Shown: positions 19,495-29,850 of the stretch, in pieces
Layout: each line of letters begins with the position of its first letter
Position numbering within the stretch: position 1 is the stretch's first letter
From: Verrucomicrobiia bacterium
Lineage (GTDB): Bacteria; Verrucomicrobiota; Verrucomicrobiia; Limisphaerales; UBA1319
DNA length: 64,000 nucleotides
NCBI GenBank assembly: GCA_963664225.1
Contig: OY760937.1
Span: 3,520,001 to 3,584,000 of the forward strand
Reading direction: 5' to 3'
The notes under the pieces: generated by a model
The model's database searches: none
What the model saw: only the letters and a program-made list of their open reading frames with translations
What the model was told of the DNA's origin: nothing
Made by a program: the position numbers and the translations under genes

Positions 19495-20709
19495 CTACCG
19501 GTGCAACAACGCCCAAAGCAAAAGCTTGTTTACCCACGTTGCCTTTGGGATTGGTGTTGAAAGTGCCACTTTCACGGCTTGAGAGAGACCTTCGGCAAAA
19601 CGTTCTGGTCCCCAATGGGAAACAATTTCTCGGCTGGCGCTGCCAAAGGCTGCGAGTGGAAAATCCGAAGACGACATTTTGAGCATGAGCCGAGCCATTT
19701 GATCAACATCATACGGATCAAATGTAAAACCATTAACCCCCTCACGAACCAAGTCCTGCGCGCATCCGCAACGATTTGAAACAAGCACCGGCAATCCCGA
19801 AGCCATGGCTTCATTGACAACTAATCCCCATTGCTCCGTTGTACTGGCATGGACGAACACTTGAGCACAGGCATAATAAGCCGGCAAATCGGGGTATTGT
19901 ATAAATCCCGGCATAAAAACATTGTTAAATAAGTTGAGTTTTTCGATCTCAGATTGAAGATTAGATTTAAGCGCGCCATCTCCAAGTAAAACCAGATTAT
20001 ATGTTTTTGACGTGCGCTCTCCTCGATTAAGATTTTCTGCCATCTCGCGATAGCGAGCATACGCCTCAATTAAACGGAATAGATTCTTTTTCTCAACAAA
20101 CCGTGATGAAGCCAGAAAGTATAACTCTGGCAAACGATATCGCATTCTGACTTCGGACTTGTGACCTATAGCCTCCAAAACGCTATCGGAAAAGTAAGAA
20201 TTATCTATTGCATCGTATCCCAAAAATACATTTCGCGCAGGGATCCCTAACTTAACAATGTAATTCTTGTGTGGTGCTCCTCCAACCAGGGCCGCATTTC
20301 CCAGTCTAACGATCTGGCTTTTTATGGCTTCCCGCCATGCCCACCGTGACACATCTGAAGACGTGCTCTCGGACATTATGATAATAGGTTTAGCATTTTG
20401 GATACAATACTGCATGGCGCCATGAGCTGCAGGGTCCTGCCAGCCAGGAATCACAACCGCCGCAGGTTGGATTCTCTCTAATGCAAGCATGAGCTGACGT
20501 CTCACCAAACTCACCGACAATTTATGAGCATCTTGGTTCTTAAACAAAATCAATCGCTCAAACCCATCGGTTCCGGCAACACAATCCCATGCATATGTTT
20601 CATCACGCCCTGAAGTTTCCACCGCCACAAGTGAAATCATGGTTGACGCCGTCTTGAGCCGAGCGAAATGGTATGGTCCCAATCGATGAAAAACGACACA
20701 AATCTTCAT
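19495..20709 (-). CDS. GT4 glycosyltransferase
   Basis: GPYHFAR, RFVEKKN, EQWGLVVNEAMASGLPV. Confidence 0.92.
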   Translation of the reverse strand: MKICVVFHRLGPYHFARLKTASTMISLVAVETSGRDETYAWDCVAGTDGFERLILFKNQDAHKLSVSLVRRQLMLALERIQPAAVVIPGWQDPAAHGAMQYCIQNAKPIIIMSESTSSDVSRWAWREAIKSQIVRLGNAALVGGAPHKNYIVKLGIPARNVFLGYDAIDNSYFSDSVLEAIGHKSEVRMRYRLPELYFLASSRFVEKKNLFRLIEAYARYREMAENLNRGERTSKTYNLVLLGDGALKSNLQSEIEKLNLFNNVFMPGFIQYPDLPAYYACAQVFVHASTTEQWGLVVNEAMASGLPVLVSNRCGCAQDLVREGVNGFTFDPYDVDQMARLMLKMSSSDFPLAAFGSASREIVSHWGPERFAEGLSQAVKVALSTPIPKATWVNKLLLWALLHR

Positions 20710-22100
20710 TTGAGGCGACTTTTGGGGATACGAAAATATTTTTGCGAAACAAGTGGCTGAAGCTTAGTTTGTTTCATAATTCTTTTCTTTGCCGATAAAA
20801 GAAACGAAGGAAAGATTATAAAAATAATTATTATTAAAATCTCAAGAACCATACGCGAAACAATGACAGGAGCACTACTAACAACGGAAAATGCAATATT
20901 GAATGCAAACACACTATATAACATTCTAGGAAGTAAATGGTTGTTTGAACTAGTGTAATGCCATAACATTTTGAAAAAACGAGCAAAAAACATAAAAAAC
21001 ACAGCGCCGACAAGCGAAAATTCGCTAAATACCGAATATGGGCCCGTCATATAACTACCATAAACAACGTCCACGCCGCAAAATTCATTAAATATTGCGC
21101 CATCATCTTTGACTTTAACAAATAGTGAATCCTTAAATTCTCTGCTCGTAAATTGTGCGGGCACAAAAATATCTATCAGTGCGTTCCAAAAAACGGCGCC
21201 ATAATTAAACTCAAATTGTGAGAAACGTGCCGCCGATCCAATCACTAAATTATTCATGCCTTCCCCTTTCTCGCCGACAAAATAATTATCCGTGGCTGTT
21301 TTAATATTCACGGTTTGGATAGCCCCGAGAACATCGCCTGTCATATTGGCTTGAGAGCGCCAATACGGCGCCGCGATGACGATTAATCCCGCAAGGGCAA
21401 AAAGTCCAATGAACGCCGACCGCGGCAAGGTCCACTTTTTTTCGAACCATAAACAGAGAAATACATATAACCCAATTGAAAATGTAACACTTCGCCGACC
21501 AAGAAATATAATAATGAAAACCGGATAGACAAACATCCCTATAACAATGAGCCACTTTAAAAGTGAACCTTTTCTGAGAACCGATAAGAAAGCCAGTATC
21601 AAACCAGGATAAAGCAACTTCATGATATATATATAAACGACGGGCGCGCCACTCCATTCCAAAGCATAATGTCCGCCTCCCATGAATTGCTGTTCAAACC
21701 CCCCCGCTAATGTTGCAAGCTTGTAAGCTCCAATAAAGCCGATTCCATAGCAGGCAGTTCCAATCCAAAAAAATGTATTTGTGGGAACTGAAGGCATCTT
21801 GTCCAACAACTTGGGAACGAAACCAGTCCTTCGAATTGGAAGGCTATAACCCATCCAACCGGCCAGCAAACAGAGGATACAAATCACAATGGCCCACTCA
21901 ACTCCATAGTTATCATAAACAACGCGCGGAAGACGTCCTGGATAAAAAACATGATTTACAAGCTGAGGTACAACTGAAAAAAGAAATGCGGCTGCAAATA
22001 AAGCTTGAAATTGCAAGGCTCCATCCCGCTTCCGCAAGGCGTGCAACAGAGCAAAAGCGGAGAGAACGAGCAGGCTATAAAATAAGACGTAGGAAATCAT
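20706..22100 (-). CDS. wzy: Putative Wzy polysaccharide polymerase
   Basis: About 10-11 TM segments with a large periplasmic loop, AT-rich, among GT genes. Assigned by topology and context. Confidence 0.65.
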   Translation of the reverse strand: MISYVLFYSLLVLSAFALLHALRKRDGALQFQALFAAAFLFSVVPQLVNHVFYPGRLPRVVYDNYGVEWAIVICILCLLAGWMGYSLPIRRTGFVPKLLDKMPSVPTNTFFWIGTACYGIGFIGAYKLATLAGGFEQQFMGGGHYALEWSGAPVVYIYIMKLLYPGLILAFLSVLRKGSLLKWLIVIGMFVYPVFIIIFLGRRSVTFSIGLYVFLCLWFEKKWTLPRSAFIGLFALAGLIVIAAPYWRSQANMTGDVLGAIQTVNIKTATDNYFVGEKGEGMNNLVIGSAARFSQFEFNYGAVFWNALIDIFVPAQFTSREFKDSLFVKVKDDGAIFNEFCGVDVVYGSYMTGPYSVFSEFSLVGAVFFMFFARFFKMLWHYTSSNNHLLPRMLYSVFAFNIAFSVVSSAPVIVSRMVLEILIIIIFIIFPSFLLSAKKRIMKQTKLQPLVSQKYFRIPKSRLK

Positions 22101-22122
22101 TGAGGGTGACTCTCAAATATCA

Positions 22123-23391
22123 CTAACGAACTCGACGCCATATTTGTTTTAAAAGTGTTTTTGCATTTTGTTGCAGCCGAAGGAGAGGTGAATTCATTCC
22201 TAAAACGCCCATTTCCAGTTCGGCAACCCGGGTCATTAGTTCCTTTGTTCCCATGCTAATCCGATTCCTCAAGGATGTTTGTTGAAAAAGATAATAATGG
22301 AATGCAGCTTCCTTATTCCGAATCATCGGAAAATTTAGCGAGCGAATGGCATCCTGGAGCGAACAAGGAGTGCGCACCAAGCTATCAGCAGCAACTTTCA
22401 TCATTTCGCGCCCGGCTTCTGTCCATACCAAGGTTAAATTCGAACCAAGAGGGTTATTACTGGGCGATTCAATACCCCAGGGATCGCCTAATGTAATGTC
22501 TGCATAGCATGCCGCAAGACAGTCAGAGCATAAACGACAGGCTGGCACAACCCAGCAGGTGGCATGGAAAAAATAATTTAAAAATTCTATTTCGCCGTTA
22601 TGCAGAAAACCCGACTTTCCGGGCCAGCCGAAACCTCGATAAAATACGCTTGAATCGGGAGCATCATTCCCTCTAAAGAAACGCTTGATAGCCTTTGTGT
22701 GTCCTAAAGTCTTTTGCTTTCGACACATTATGGCAATCTTCAGAATTTCGGTTTTGGGCAGATAATACCGAAGCAACGCGCTCGCAGCCTTGATTTGGCA
22801 TGGTAATCCGATCAACAACACTCGCTTCCAATTTCTGTTGCGCACCGCGAGGTTTTTCCCCCAAAGGATGGGGCGATAAAGCGAACACGGAATTCGTTCA
22901 AGCTTGGGAGGAGTAGTAATCCAGATTCCTTCTGCCTCGGAACCCGTTGGAATGACTGCCCGAGGGAAAGGCAATGCTGCTTGATAAACTACACCTGAAA
23001 TTCTGAGCCCATTATTTTCCGGGTAAAAGAGTGAATAGGTTGCGTCCACGTGTTGCTTTTGTAGCAACTGGCCAATGAGAGTGCGGGCTGTTCCGCCGCT
23101 GGAGGCCATCCAGCGGATGTTGTCGTCCGCTGAATGCGTAAGATGAATGTCTTTTGCTGCGGATATGTTCGCCTCAGTAAGGCGATCTTTTGGCAACTGT
23201 TGAGAAGGACAGACTCTGGCGCAAAAGCCGCATTGGGTGCATTTGTCCTTATCGACACTGATATGCACCAAGCCATCTCTCAGAATTTTAAAAGTCAACG
23301 CGTCTGGTTTGCACGAGGCGAGACATACTCCGCATTGGCAGCATCTTAATGGATCAAATTCGATAACACCGTCTTCCCTTTGAGTGAGCAT
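22123..23391 (-). CDS. 4Fe-4S / FrhB-like (F420 dehydrogenase beta) protein
   Basis: CCQCGVCLASC, CTQCGFCARVCP, ASSGG, GLPCQI, YRGFGWPG, ADITLGDPWG. Confidence 0.88.
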   Translation of the reverse strand: MLTQREDGVIEFDPLRCCQCGVCLASCKPDALTFKILRDGLVHISVDKDKCTQCGFCARVCPSQQLPKDRLTEANISAAKDIHLTHSADDNIRWMASSGGTARTLIGQLLQKQHVDATYSLFYPENNGLRISGVVYQAALPFPRAVIPTGSEAEGIWITTPPKLERIPCSLYRPILWGKNLAVRNRNWKRVLLIGLPCQIKAASALLRYYLPKTEILKIAIMCRKQKTLGHTKAIKRFFRGNDAPDSSVFYRGFGWPGKSGFLHNGEIEFLNYFFHATCWVVPACRLCSDCLAACYADITLGDPWGIESPSNNPLGSNLTLVWTEAGREMMKVAADSLVRTPCSLQDAIRSLNFPMIRNKEAAFHYYLFQQTSLRNRISMGTKELMTRVAELEMGVLGMNSPLLRLQQNAKTLLKQIWRRVR

Positions 23392-23398
23392 AAGTATC

Positions 23399-24499
23399 TC
23401 AAGTCAGGGCTTTTCGCAGGAATTCGTAGGATTTCACGACATGTTTGTGAATGCGCTCCTGAACTTCGGCATTTGAACCAGGAGATGACTCCAATAATCC
23501 GTCCGTTATCTGGGTTGATTGGGCGATCATGTTGGATTTAAATCCATATCGTTCGCAAAAATCATAAAGCCTAAGAGAGCCTTCGGATTTATGGTCGATC
23601 ATAATCAGAGGCTTTCGTTTCTGAATTGCAAAAACGGAGCCATGGAACGAATCCGTGCATACAATCCTGGATTTGTTTATCAGATCAATCCACTCAGCGG
23701 GCCCTGCATTGGAAACAATGAAATCCGCTCCGTCGAATGCCCAATCCCTTAGCGCGCCGGGTGAAACACATACCAAAGGTAGGTTTAGCCTTCGTCTTAT
23801 TTCTTCTGTAATTGAAATAGTGTTCTTTGCTACCACACGATTTGGAGTATAAAGTAAGATGTAATCTGAAAATGGCAATTTTGGAGTTTTCGACTCAAAG
23901 TCAAGATCAACAAGCAAGGTGGGATCCGAAACAATAGGGACGTTGCTCCCTGTGAGCTGATTAATAATCCCTTGCGACATTGTATTCCGCACTGATATTG
24001 CGTGGAACGATGGAAGCGCATGGCGGACTCGGTTCAAGAAAACCTCGGGTTGTTTGTCATGACCAAAGCAGGCTGCATAACTGACCTTAATTCCTTTAAA
24101 ACATTTAGAATCGAGAAGGTAAACAGGCCAATTCCAGTCCCCGTTCCAAACTTGATCGCTCCCAACGATGATAGCGTCATAATTGGTGGCGCATTCCCAA
24201 AGTTCGGGGAGAAATCGGCATGGGGAGGATAGGGAAAGATTTGTTTTTCTAAAGGAATCAAAACAGCTATAGTGACCACTTCCATAACGCCATTTCCCAA
24301 GAAAATACAGAAGAAGTCTACTACAGGCCGGTCCCATAAAGCCAGCCCATTTATGTATATTCTGAACTTTGGATATGGGGTTGAAATCCAATATATCCGA
24401 TCGTATTCCAATTCGATTTAGTGCTTTTTGAAGGGCTGCGCACTGCAGCACTCCCCCATAATTCTGGCAAAAATGGAAACTTAGTATGCCTACCTTCAT
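23399..24499 (-). CDS. Polysaccharide pyruvyl transferase family protein
   Basis: NYGGVLQ, VGSDQVWN, SYAACFG, ISVR, DPTLL, TDSFHG. Confidence 0.92.
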   Translation of the reverse strand: MKVGILSFHFCQNYGGVLQCAALQKALNRIGIRSDILDFNPISKVQNIHKWAGFMGPACSRLLLYFLGKWRYGSGHYSCFDSFRKTNLSLSSPCRFLPELWECATNYDAIIVGSDQVWNGDWNWPVYLLDSKCFKGIKVSYAACFGHDKQPEVFLNRVRHALPSFHAISVRNTMSQGIINQLTGSNVPIVSDPTLLVDLDFESKTPKLPFSDYILLYTPNRVVAKNTISITEEIRRRLNLPLVCVSPGALRDWAFDGADFIVSNAGPAEWIDLINKSRIVCTDSFHGSVFAIQKRKPLIMIDHKSEGSLRLYDFCERYGFKSNMIAQSTQITDGLLESSPGSNAEVQERIHKHVVKSYEFLRKALT

Positions 24500-24508
24500 T
24501 CTAGTGAA

Positions 24509-25720
24509 TTAAGTAATTGAATTAATCACGCCATCTCTAAAGCGCTTCCACGTAAATTGCAACGCCAGTTTACGAGCTGCGATTCTTATATTTGAATGAC
24601 TTTTAGTTAGCGTCGAAGCTAAATGCGAGAGTTTAACCGAAAGCTGCTCCCAGTCACCTGGCGGAACCATAAATATTCCATTGGACTCATTGCCCAAGTC
24701 AGGCAGGACGGTATTAGCGGTTCCAAGGACGGGGCAACCGCATGCAAGAGCCTCCAAATAGACTTGACCGAATCCTTCAATGAGTGAGGGCATTACAAAA
24801 AGATGCGATCGTGAGTATAGAGAGATCAATTCTTGATTCAAGACACCAGGCAATAAAACAACGTCTGGTGTGTCACCCATCTGTTTGCGAATTTCCGGTG
24901 CGATACCCCTGCAAATTACGACAAGTTTCTTCGGCCCTTGAAAGGAAACATGTTTCCATGCTTTCAGTAGGCAATCCAGACCTTTTCTGGTAATACCAGA
25001 GCCGACAAAGATTGCTTGAAAGCAATCGTCAGCAGGCAAATCAAAAGAGTTTAATGGGGCAAAATCGCAGCCGTAAGGTATCACACGGCAAATATTTTCA
25101 TCTGCCCCAGCCCAGATCAAGGACTGTTTTGTAAACGTGCTTGCGCAAAGAATTAAATCAGAATGTTGCCAAGCATCCGTCAGTGGTTTCAACAGTTCTG
25201 GATGTCCTTTCAATACGGAGGACGCCGACTCGACAACGGAGGTCGGTGCGTATTGTTTGTATATTTCCCTCTCGTAGTCATAATGGGGGTGATATTGAAA
25301 GAGAACTCGTTTGGGAGTGTGGGAAAAAGAAGTCAAAAAAGCTTCGTAAGCGTAGGAGGAATAAAGCAATAAACTCGATTTACGTGCTTTTGCCATTTTT
25401 GCAGCAGCAAGGCTCAAGGTTCGGGCGTACTTTGCGCCTCTGAAAAACCTCGACTGTGCGCTCCCTTTAAAGATCTGAGAGGCGAGGAATGCGCCAGGCT
25501 GAGACCTTACATTTTTGTTCATAATCCCATCGCAATGCCTTCCATTAATGCTTTCTGCAAGGCGGCATGGTAAAAAACGTGCCATGCCCAAAATAAAATC
25601 CTTCGAATAAAAATCGGTTATAAACGATTCAAGCACTCCGGCCTCCTCAAGGGCAAATGGCACTTGGTAGGAGTCGCGGCGGCCAGGAAATGCGCAAATA
25701 TACTTTTCGTTTCGATCCAT
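24509..25720 (-). CDS. GT4 glycosyltransferase
   Basis: FVGSGITRKG, PSLIEGFGQVYLEALACG. Confidence 0.9.
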   Translation of the reverse strand: MDRNEKYICAFPGRRDSYQVPFALEEAGVLESFITDFYSKDFILGMARFLPCRLAESINGRHCDGIMNKNVRSQPGAFLASQIFKGSAQSRFFRGAKYARTLSLAAAKMAKARKSSLLLYSSYAYEAFLTSFSHTPKRVLFQYHPHYDYEREIYKQYAPTSVVESASSVLKGHPELLKPLTDAWQHSDLILCASTFTKQSLIWAGADENICRVIPYGCDFAPLNSFDLPADDCFQAIFVGSGITRKGLDCLLKAWKHVSFQGPKKLVVICRGIAPEIRKQMGDTPDVVLLPGVLNQELISLYSRSHLFVMPSLIEGFGQVYLEALACGCPVLGTANTVLPDLGNESNGIFMVPPGDWEQLSVKLSHLASTLTKSHSNIRIAARKLALQFTWKRFRDGVINSIT

Positions 25721-26094
25721 AGTAAACAGTTGCCAACAGGCGGAAACTTAAATGTGGATGCCTAAAGCGGCATCTATACAACCCTAAGCCTCCTTGCTTG
25801 AAAGTATTGTATGAACTCCTTATGAAAATTGGTCTCCTCGAAAAGGAGCGTAAATGCCGATATTTTACTGCAAATATTAAAAGAACGGTTACATTACTAA
25901 ATTAGAGCATACAAGACATGTGTTGCGCGAATGCAAGTCATTCGTTCACCATGGGCAGCCTTGACGCGATTTTCATTATGCTGAAACTCCCCTTGAAATC
26001 TAAAATATCATAAAAGTGGATTGCCATTATCGGACATGGGCACGGCGACGGCCGCACAACCATGACAAACGATTTATTCTGCAACAGTTTAAAC

Positions 26095-26727
26095 TTATAA
26101 ACCTCGACGCTTTATAAACCTAGCAGGGCATCCTGCCACAACAGTGTATGGATCGACATCCCGGACGACGACGCTGTTCGCTCCTACCACGGCGCCATTA
26201 CCAATATGGACACCCGGTCCAATAAAAGCCCCTCGTCCTATCCAAACATCGTCACCGATATCGATTGCTGCGCCTCGATAACCCTGTATTCTGAAGGGAG
26301 TATTCGCGTCCTTAAACTCGTGATTATGATCACGCACCGACGTTAGTTCTCCCAAAGCTGAATTTTTTCCAATGCGAATCCCGTGCATGGATATAAGCAC
26401 ACAACCAAAACTGATGGAAGCTCCTTCGGCCATTTTGATGTAGCTCTTATTTTCGGTGCAAAGAAAAACATTGTCCCCAATACTACAGTTCTTGCATAAA
26501 AAGATGTTAGCATTCGGCGAACCGAAACGAATGTTTCTGCCAAAACGTGATCCCCATCCAATGTGGCCGAAGTAACTTCCGAGAAGTAGCCGATATGAAA
26601 CAGCGCGCAGCCAACTTGTCAGATAGTGGTTGCTCCACCACAAAGATTTAGAAATAAGTAAAAGCGGACGCATATGGTCACAAACAACAAATGCACATAA
26701 AAACTGCCTCTGCTGGGAAAAGAACAA
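26095..26727 (-). CDS. Hexapeptide-repeat acyltransferase
   Basis: RDHNH, IGDDVWIG, VGANSVV, AGCPAR. The start may be MRPLLL. Confidence 0.9.
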   Translation of the reverse strand: MFFSQQRQFLCAFVVCDHMRPLLLISKSLWWSNHYLTSWLRAVSYRLLLGSYFGHIGWGSRFGRNIRFGSPNANIFLCKNCSIGDNVFLCTENKSYIKMAEGASISFGCVLISMHGIRIGKNSALGELTSVRDHNHEFKDANTPFRIQGYRGAAIDIGDDVWIGRGAFIGPGVHIGNGAVVGANSVVVRDVDPYTVVAGCPARFIKRRGL

Positions 26728-26758
26728 TGCTTTTCGTTTGTTCGGGAAATATTTTTGA

Positions 26759-28126
26759 TTAGCGCATGGAGGTGGGATTCAGGCGTTTGATATAAAGCAA
26801 GCTCACGACCCAGCGAACGAACTGAATACCCACCCAAGCACAGCCAAGGCCGGGACCTTGCATGGTGGGTACCAAAGTGTAAGAAAGGATTATGAATACT
26901 ATACTGCCTGCAATATATATATGAAAAACTTGCCAGACTAAACCACTTCCAACCATGATCTGCAAGTTGACGGTGGCCATCGCCTCGAATGCGACCGACA
27001 ACAGAAGCAGCCGAAGAACGAAGGCGCCGGTCTGAAAATCCTTACCATAAGCAAAAAGGATAGGTCCTGCAAAAGTGGCCATTATCAACAATATAGGAAA
27101 AATTGTTGCCAGTATCACAAACTGCATTAATCGAAGCACTTTCCTTTGTGTTTGTGAACCTTGCTCCGCCCGTGAATTTGTATATACCGGGAGAACGGCT
27201 GCCACTACAACGCCTATCATTGCCAATGGAATATTTCGCAATTGAAGAGCGCTGAAGTAGTCGGCTAAGTGCTCGTAACCTTTAGCCTGGCGAGCGAGAA
27301 GGGACTGACAAAGCCACGCAACAGGAATTCCAAGCATGTTGGTAAGCACCAATGGCAAGTTGAAACCCCATAGCAAGCTCAATTCGCTTTGCCATCCGGT
27401 CGCAAGCATCGGCACCTTGGCTTGACGTGCGTGGCGCTTGATTATCCAAAAAGAAATGACGCACACGAAAGCCTGTGAGATCGCTAAACCCCAGACTGCT
27501 CCACCCAAGCCTCCCCACCAACAACCTGCGATCGAAAAAGTAAAATTTAAAACGCCGACCCACAGATTGACCTTTGCAGCTTCTCGAAAAGCCTCAAACC
27601 CGGAAAGAATGCCCAGTTGTCCACCGTTAACGCTGGTAAATAGTAGATAAAGTGCGCTGATGCGCAAAATGCCTGCCAGACCCGGGTTGGCTAGAGAATG
27701 CAGCGCCAGCCAGGGTGCCGCAAAGAACATACCGATGGCACCAACTCCCCCTGCCACCCAGCACATACACTCGGACAAATAGATGATGCGTCCAGCTCTT
27801 TGTGGATTAGTTTTGCGGAATTCAGCGATATGCTTTGTCGCCATCACTCCCAGTCCAAAGCCTGCGACTGTTCCAAACATTCCCACAGTGGATTGCACCA
27901 TTCCCAGAGCGCCAAAAACTTCCTTACCTAATATTCTGGCAACAACAATGGTGCCAGCCAGTGCAAATCCTCTGGCCAAAAGAGTTCCTAACAATGTCCA
28001 AAACGCGCCACGCGCCAAGCGGTAGCCCAAAGGTGATGCTTGCAGTCGTCTCCAACTGGTTGCAAGAAAACCGGGCATCAGTGCTAGGAGGCGATCGGTT
28101 AAACTGATTTGTGGATTGCTAATCAA
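26759..28126 (-). CDS. wzx: Wzx oligosaccharide flippase
   Basis: Multi-TM; RGAFWTLLG, ARILGKEVFG, FGLGVMATKHIAE. Confidence 0.88.
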   Translation of the reverse strand: MISNPQISLTDRLLALMPGFLATSWRRLQASPLGYRLARGAFWTLLGTLLARGFALAGTIVVARILGKEVFGALGMVQSTVGMFGTVAGFGLGVMATKHIAEFRKTNPQRAGRIIYLSECMCWVAGGVGAIGMFFAAPWLALHSLANPGLAGILRISALYLLFTSVNGGQLGILSGFEAFREAAKVNLWVGVLNFTFSIAGCWWGGLGGAVWGLAISQAFVCVISFWIIKRHARQAKVPMLATGWQSELSLLWGFNLPLVLTNMLGIPVAWLCQSLLARQAKGYEHLADYFSALQLRNIPLAMIGVVVAAVLPVYTNSRAEQGSQTQRKVLRLMQFVILATIFPILLIMATFAGPILFAYGKDFQTGAFVLRLLLLSVAFEAMATVNLQIMVGSGLVWQVFHIYIAGSIVFIILSYTLVPTMQGPGLGCAWVGIQFVRWVVSLLYIKRLNPTSMR

Positions 28127-28289
28127 ACAGGTTTAAATAGCCAGTGAAACAATACTGGTGGTGTGGATTTCAGATTGCGGGTTTCAGAATGAGGAAAATA
28201 ACGCTGGAACATCGAGTGCCAAGCTAAACGAACACAAAAACTCAAAGTAAGTCGGGCTGCGAGTTGGCTATCGTCAAAGCCGGAAGCCT

Positions 28290-28318
28290 GAGGTCAGAGG
28301 CCAGAGATCAGAGGCCAG
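28290..28318 (+). repeat. AGAGGTC-type heptamer tract at the right edge of the polysaccharide block
   Basis: TGAGGTC AGAGGCC AGAGATC AGAGGCC. Confidence 0.75.
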
Positions 28319-28372
28319 TAATGCAAAGGCAAAGAGCACAGCGGTAAGAGCTGGGAGCATGGCAAACGTAAA

Positions 28373-29719
28373 TCAATAACTCAGCGTCATTTGGAGGGCA
28401 ACCTGGTTGTCGTCAAAACCATCGGTTTGGCTCGATTTCAGGGTGCGGAAGTTGTAATAGATGTTGGAGTGCAGATTCTTGGTGATTCGGACGTCGAAGC
28501 TGGGGCGGAGGGTCACGTAATCGTCGCTCCGATCCGCGGTTTTCGCGGCGGTGCTGGACTGGTATTTGTAGTTATCGTAGCCAATGCCCAAGCCGATGAA
28601 ATAGCGGTCCCCGAATTGCTGGCTGATGCCGCTGCTGATGCCCGTGATGATGTAATTCTGGCCGGAATAAACCGAGGCCTGGTCCCGGCGGTAGCCACTG
28701 AGATAAACTGCGGTGCGTTCAAAAGGCCGGTAATTGCCGTCTAGGGTAAAAATTGGTTCCAGACTGTCCTCGGCCCCCTCGAATTGGCGCATCTCGCCAC
28801 CGGCGGCCAGCCCCAGATCGACACGGTCGGCCAGTTTATAGCGGGCACGGGCCAGTAGCTGCTCGTATGTCTGGGATCGATCCTGTGTTTCTGTGTCGCC
28901 CAAGGTCAAACCGAAACCGGTATTCAACAGAGGGGTTATCTGGTAATTGAGCCAATTCACGGCGCTCCAGTCGGTGTTTCCGTTCAGCCCCAGATTGGCC
29001 TCGTAATCGGTGCTTCTGCGGCGCAGGTTCATTTCCGCCGAGGTTTTCTCGCTGAATTGGTAGGCCCCCATGATGGATGAGGTGATTGTTTCCACATTGG
29101 CGCGCCTGCTGGCTTCAATGACTCCGGTATTCTCGCGCGTGTAGCCCTGGTTCACGCCCAGGATGAGCTTGGCCATGGGCAGGAGGGCGTCGAATTTCAG
29201 TAGATGGTCCGTGGAGTCGTTCTCGGAATAGCGGTTGAACCAGTTGAACCTAGGGCCGTAATCGAGCATCAACAGTTTTCCCGGCCAGACCTCGAGGGGG
29301 GTGGTGATGTAGGTGCCGGGGGTGATCCCCATGAAATTGCGGTCATTGAGCAGGTATTCCGTGATGGCCATGCGGTCCCCGGCCACGATGCTGGCGGCGG
29401 GATTGACGGACCAGATGAAATCGGACTGGGTGTTGTGGGAGGCAATGAGGATGTTGTCGTCATACATCACGCCGGTGGTCAGCCTCGGGTGGATGTCGAA
29501 CGGACCGACGCGGAGGTCGGGCAGGCGGTCGGAGAAAGAAGGCCGGGAGGCCGCAGAGGGCTGAGAGCTCAGAGCGGAGGGCTCGGCAGCGGCAGAGGCA
29601 GCGGGAGCAGAGGGCTGAGAGCTGAGAGCTGAGGGCTCGGCAGCGGCAGGCTGAGCAGTCACGGCCTGAGTAAACACGACAACCGCGGCGGAGATTAGGC
29701 TGGTGGAGCTAATTTTCAT
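28373..29719 (-). CDS. Outer-membrane beta-barrel protein (polysaccharide-locus type)
   Basis: Signal peptide from MKISSTSLIS, YDDNI motif, amphipathic strands, C-terminal LQMTLSY. Confidence 0.85.
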   Translation of the reverse strand: MKISSTSLISAAVVVFTQAVTAQPAAAEPSALSSQPSAPAASAAAEPSALSSQPSAASRPSFSDRLPDLRVGPFDIHPRLTTGVMYDDNILIASHNTQSDFIWSVNPAASIVAGDRMAITEYLLNDRNFMGITPGTYITTPLEVWPGKLLMLDYGPRFNWFNRYSENDSTDHLLKFDALLPMAKLILGVNQGYTRENTGVIEASRRANVETITSSIMGAYQFSEKTSAEMNLRRRSTDYEANLGLNGNTDWSAVNWLNYQITPLLNTGFGLTLGDTETQDRSQTYEQLLARARYKLADRVDLGLAAGGEMRQFEGAEDSLEPIFTLDGNYRPFERTAVYLSGYRRDQASVYSGQNYIITGISSGISQQFGDRYFIGLGIGYDNYKYQSSTAAKTADRSDDYVTLRPSFDVRITKNLHSNIYYNFRTLKSSQTDGFDDNQVALQMTLSY

Positions 29720-29850
29720 AGGCAGCGAGTAGGCTAGGGTTAACAAAAGGCTGAGGGCTGAGCGGTAAGAGCCAATAAAGCTAATGGCGAACAAGATGTA
29801 AAAAGCTGAGCGGTAAGGGCATAGCGTAAATAATGCAAAGCGGAAAGCGG

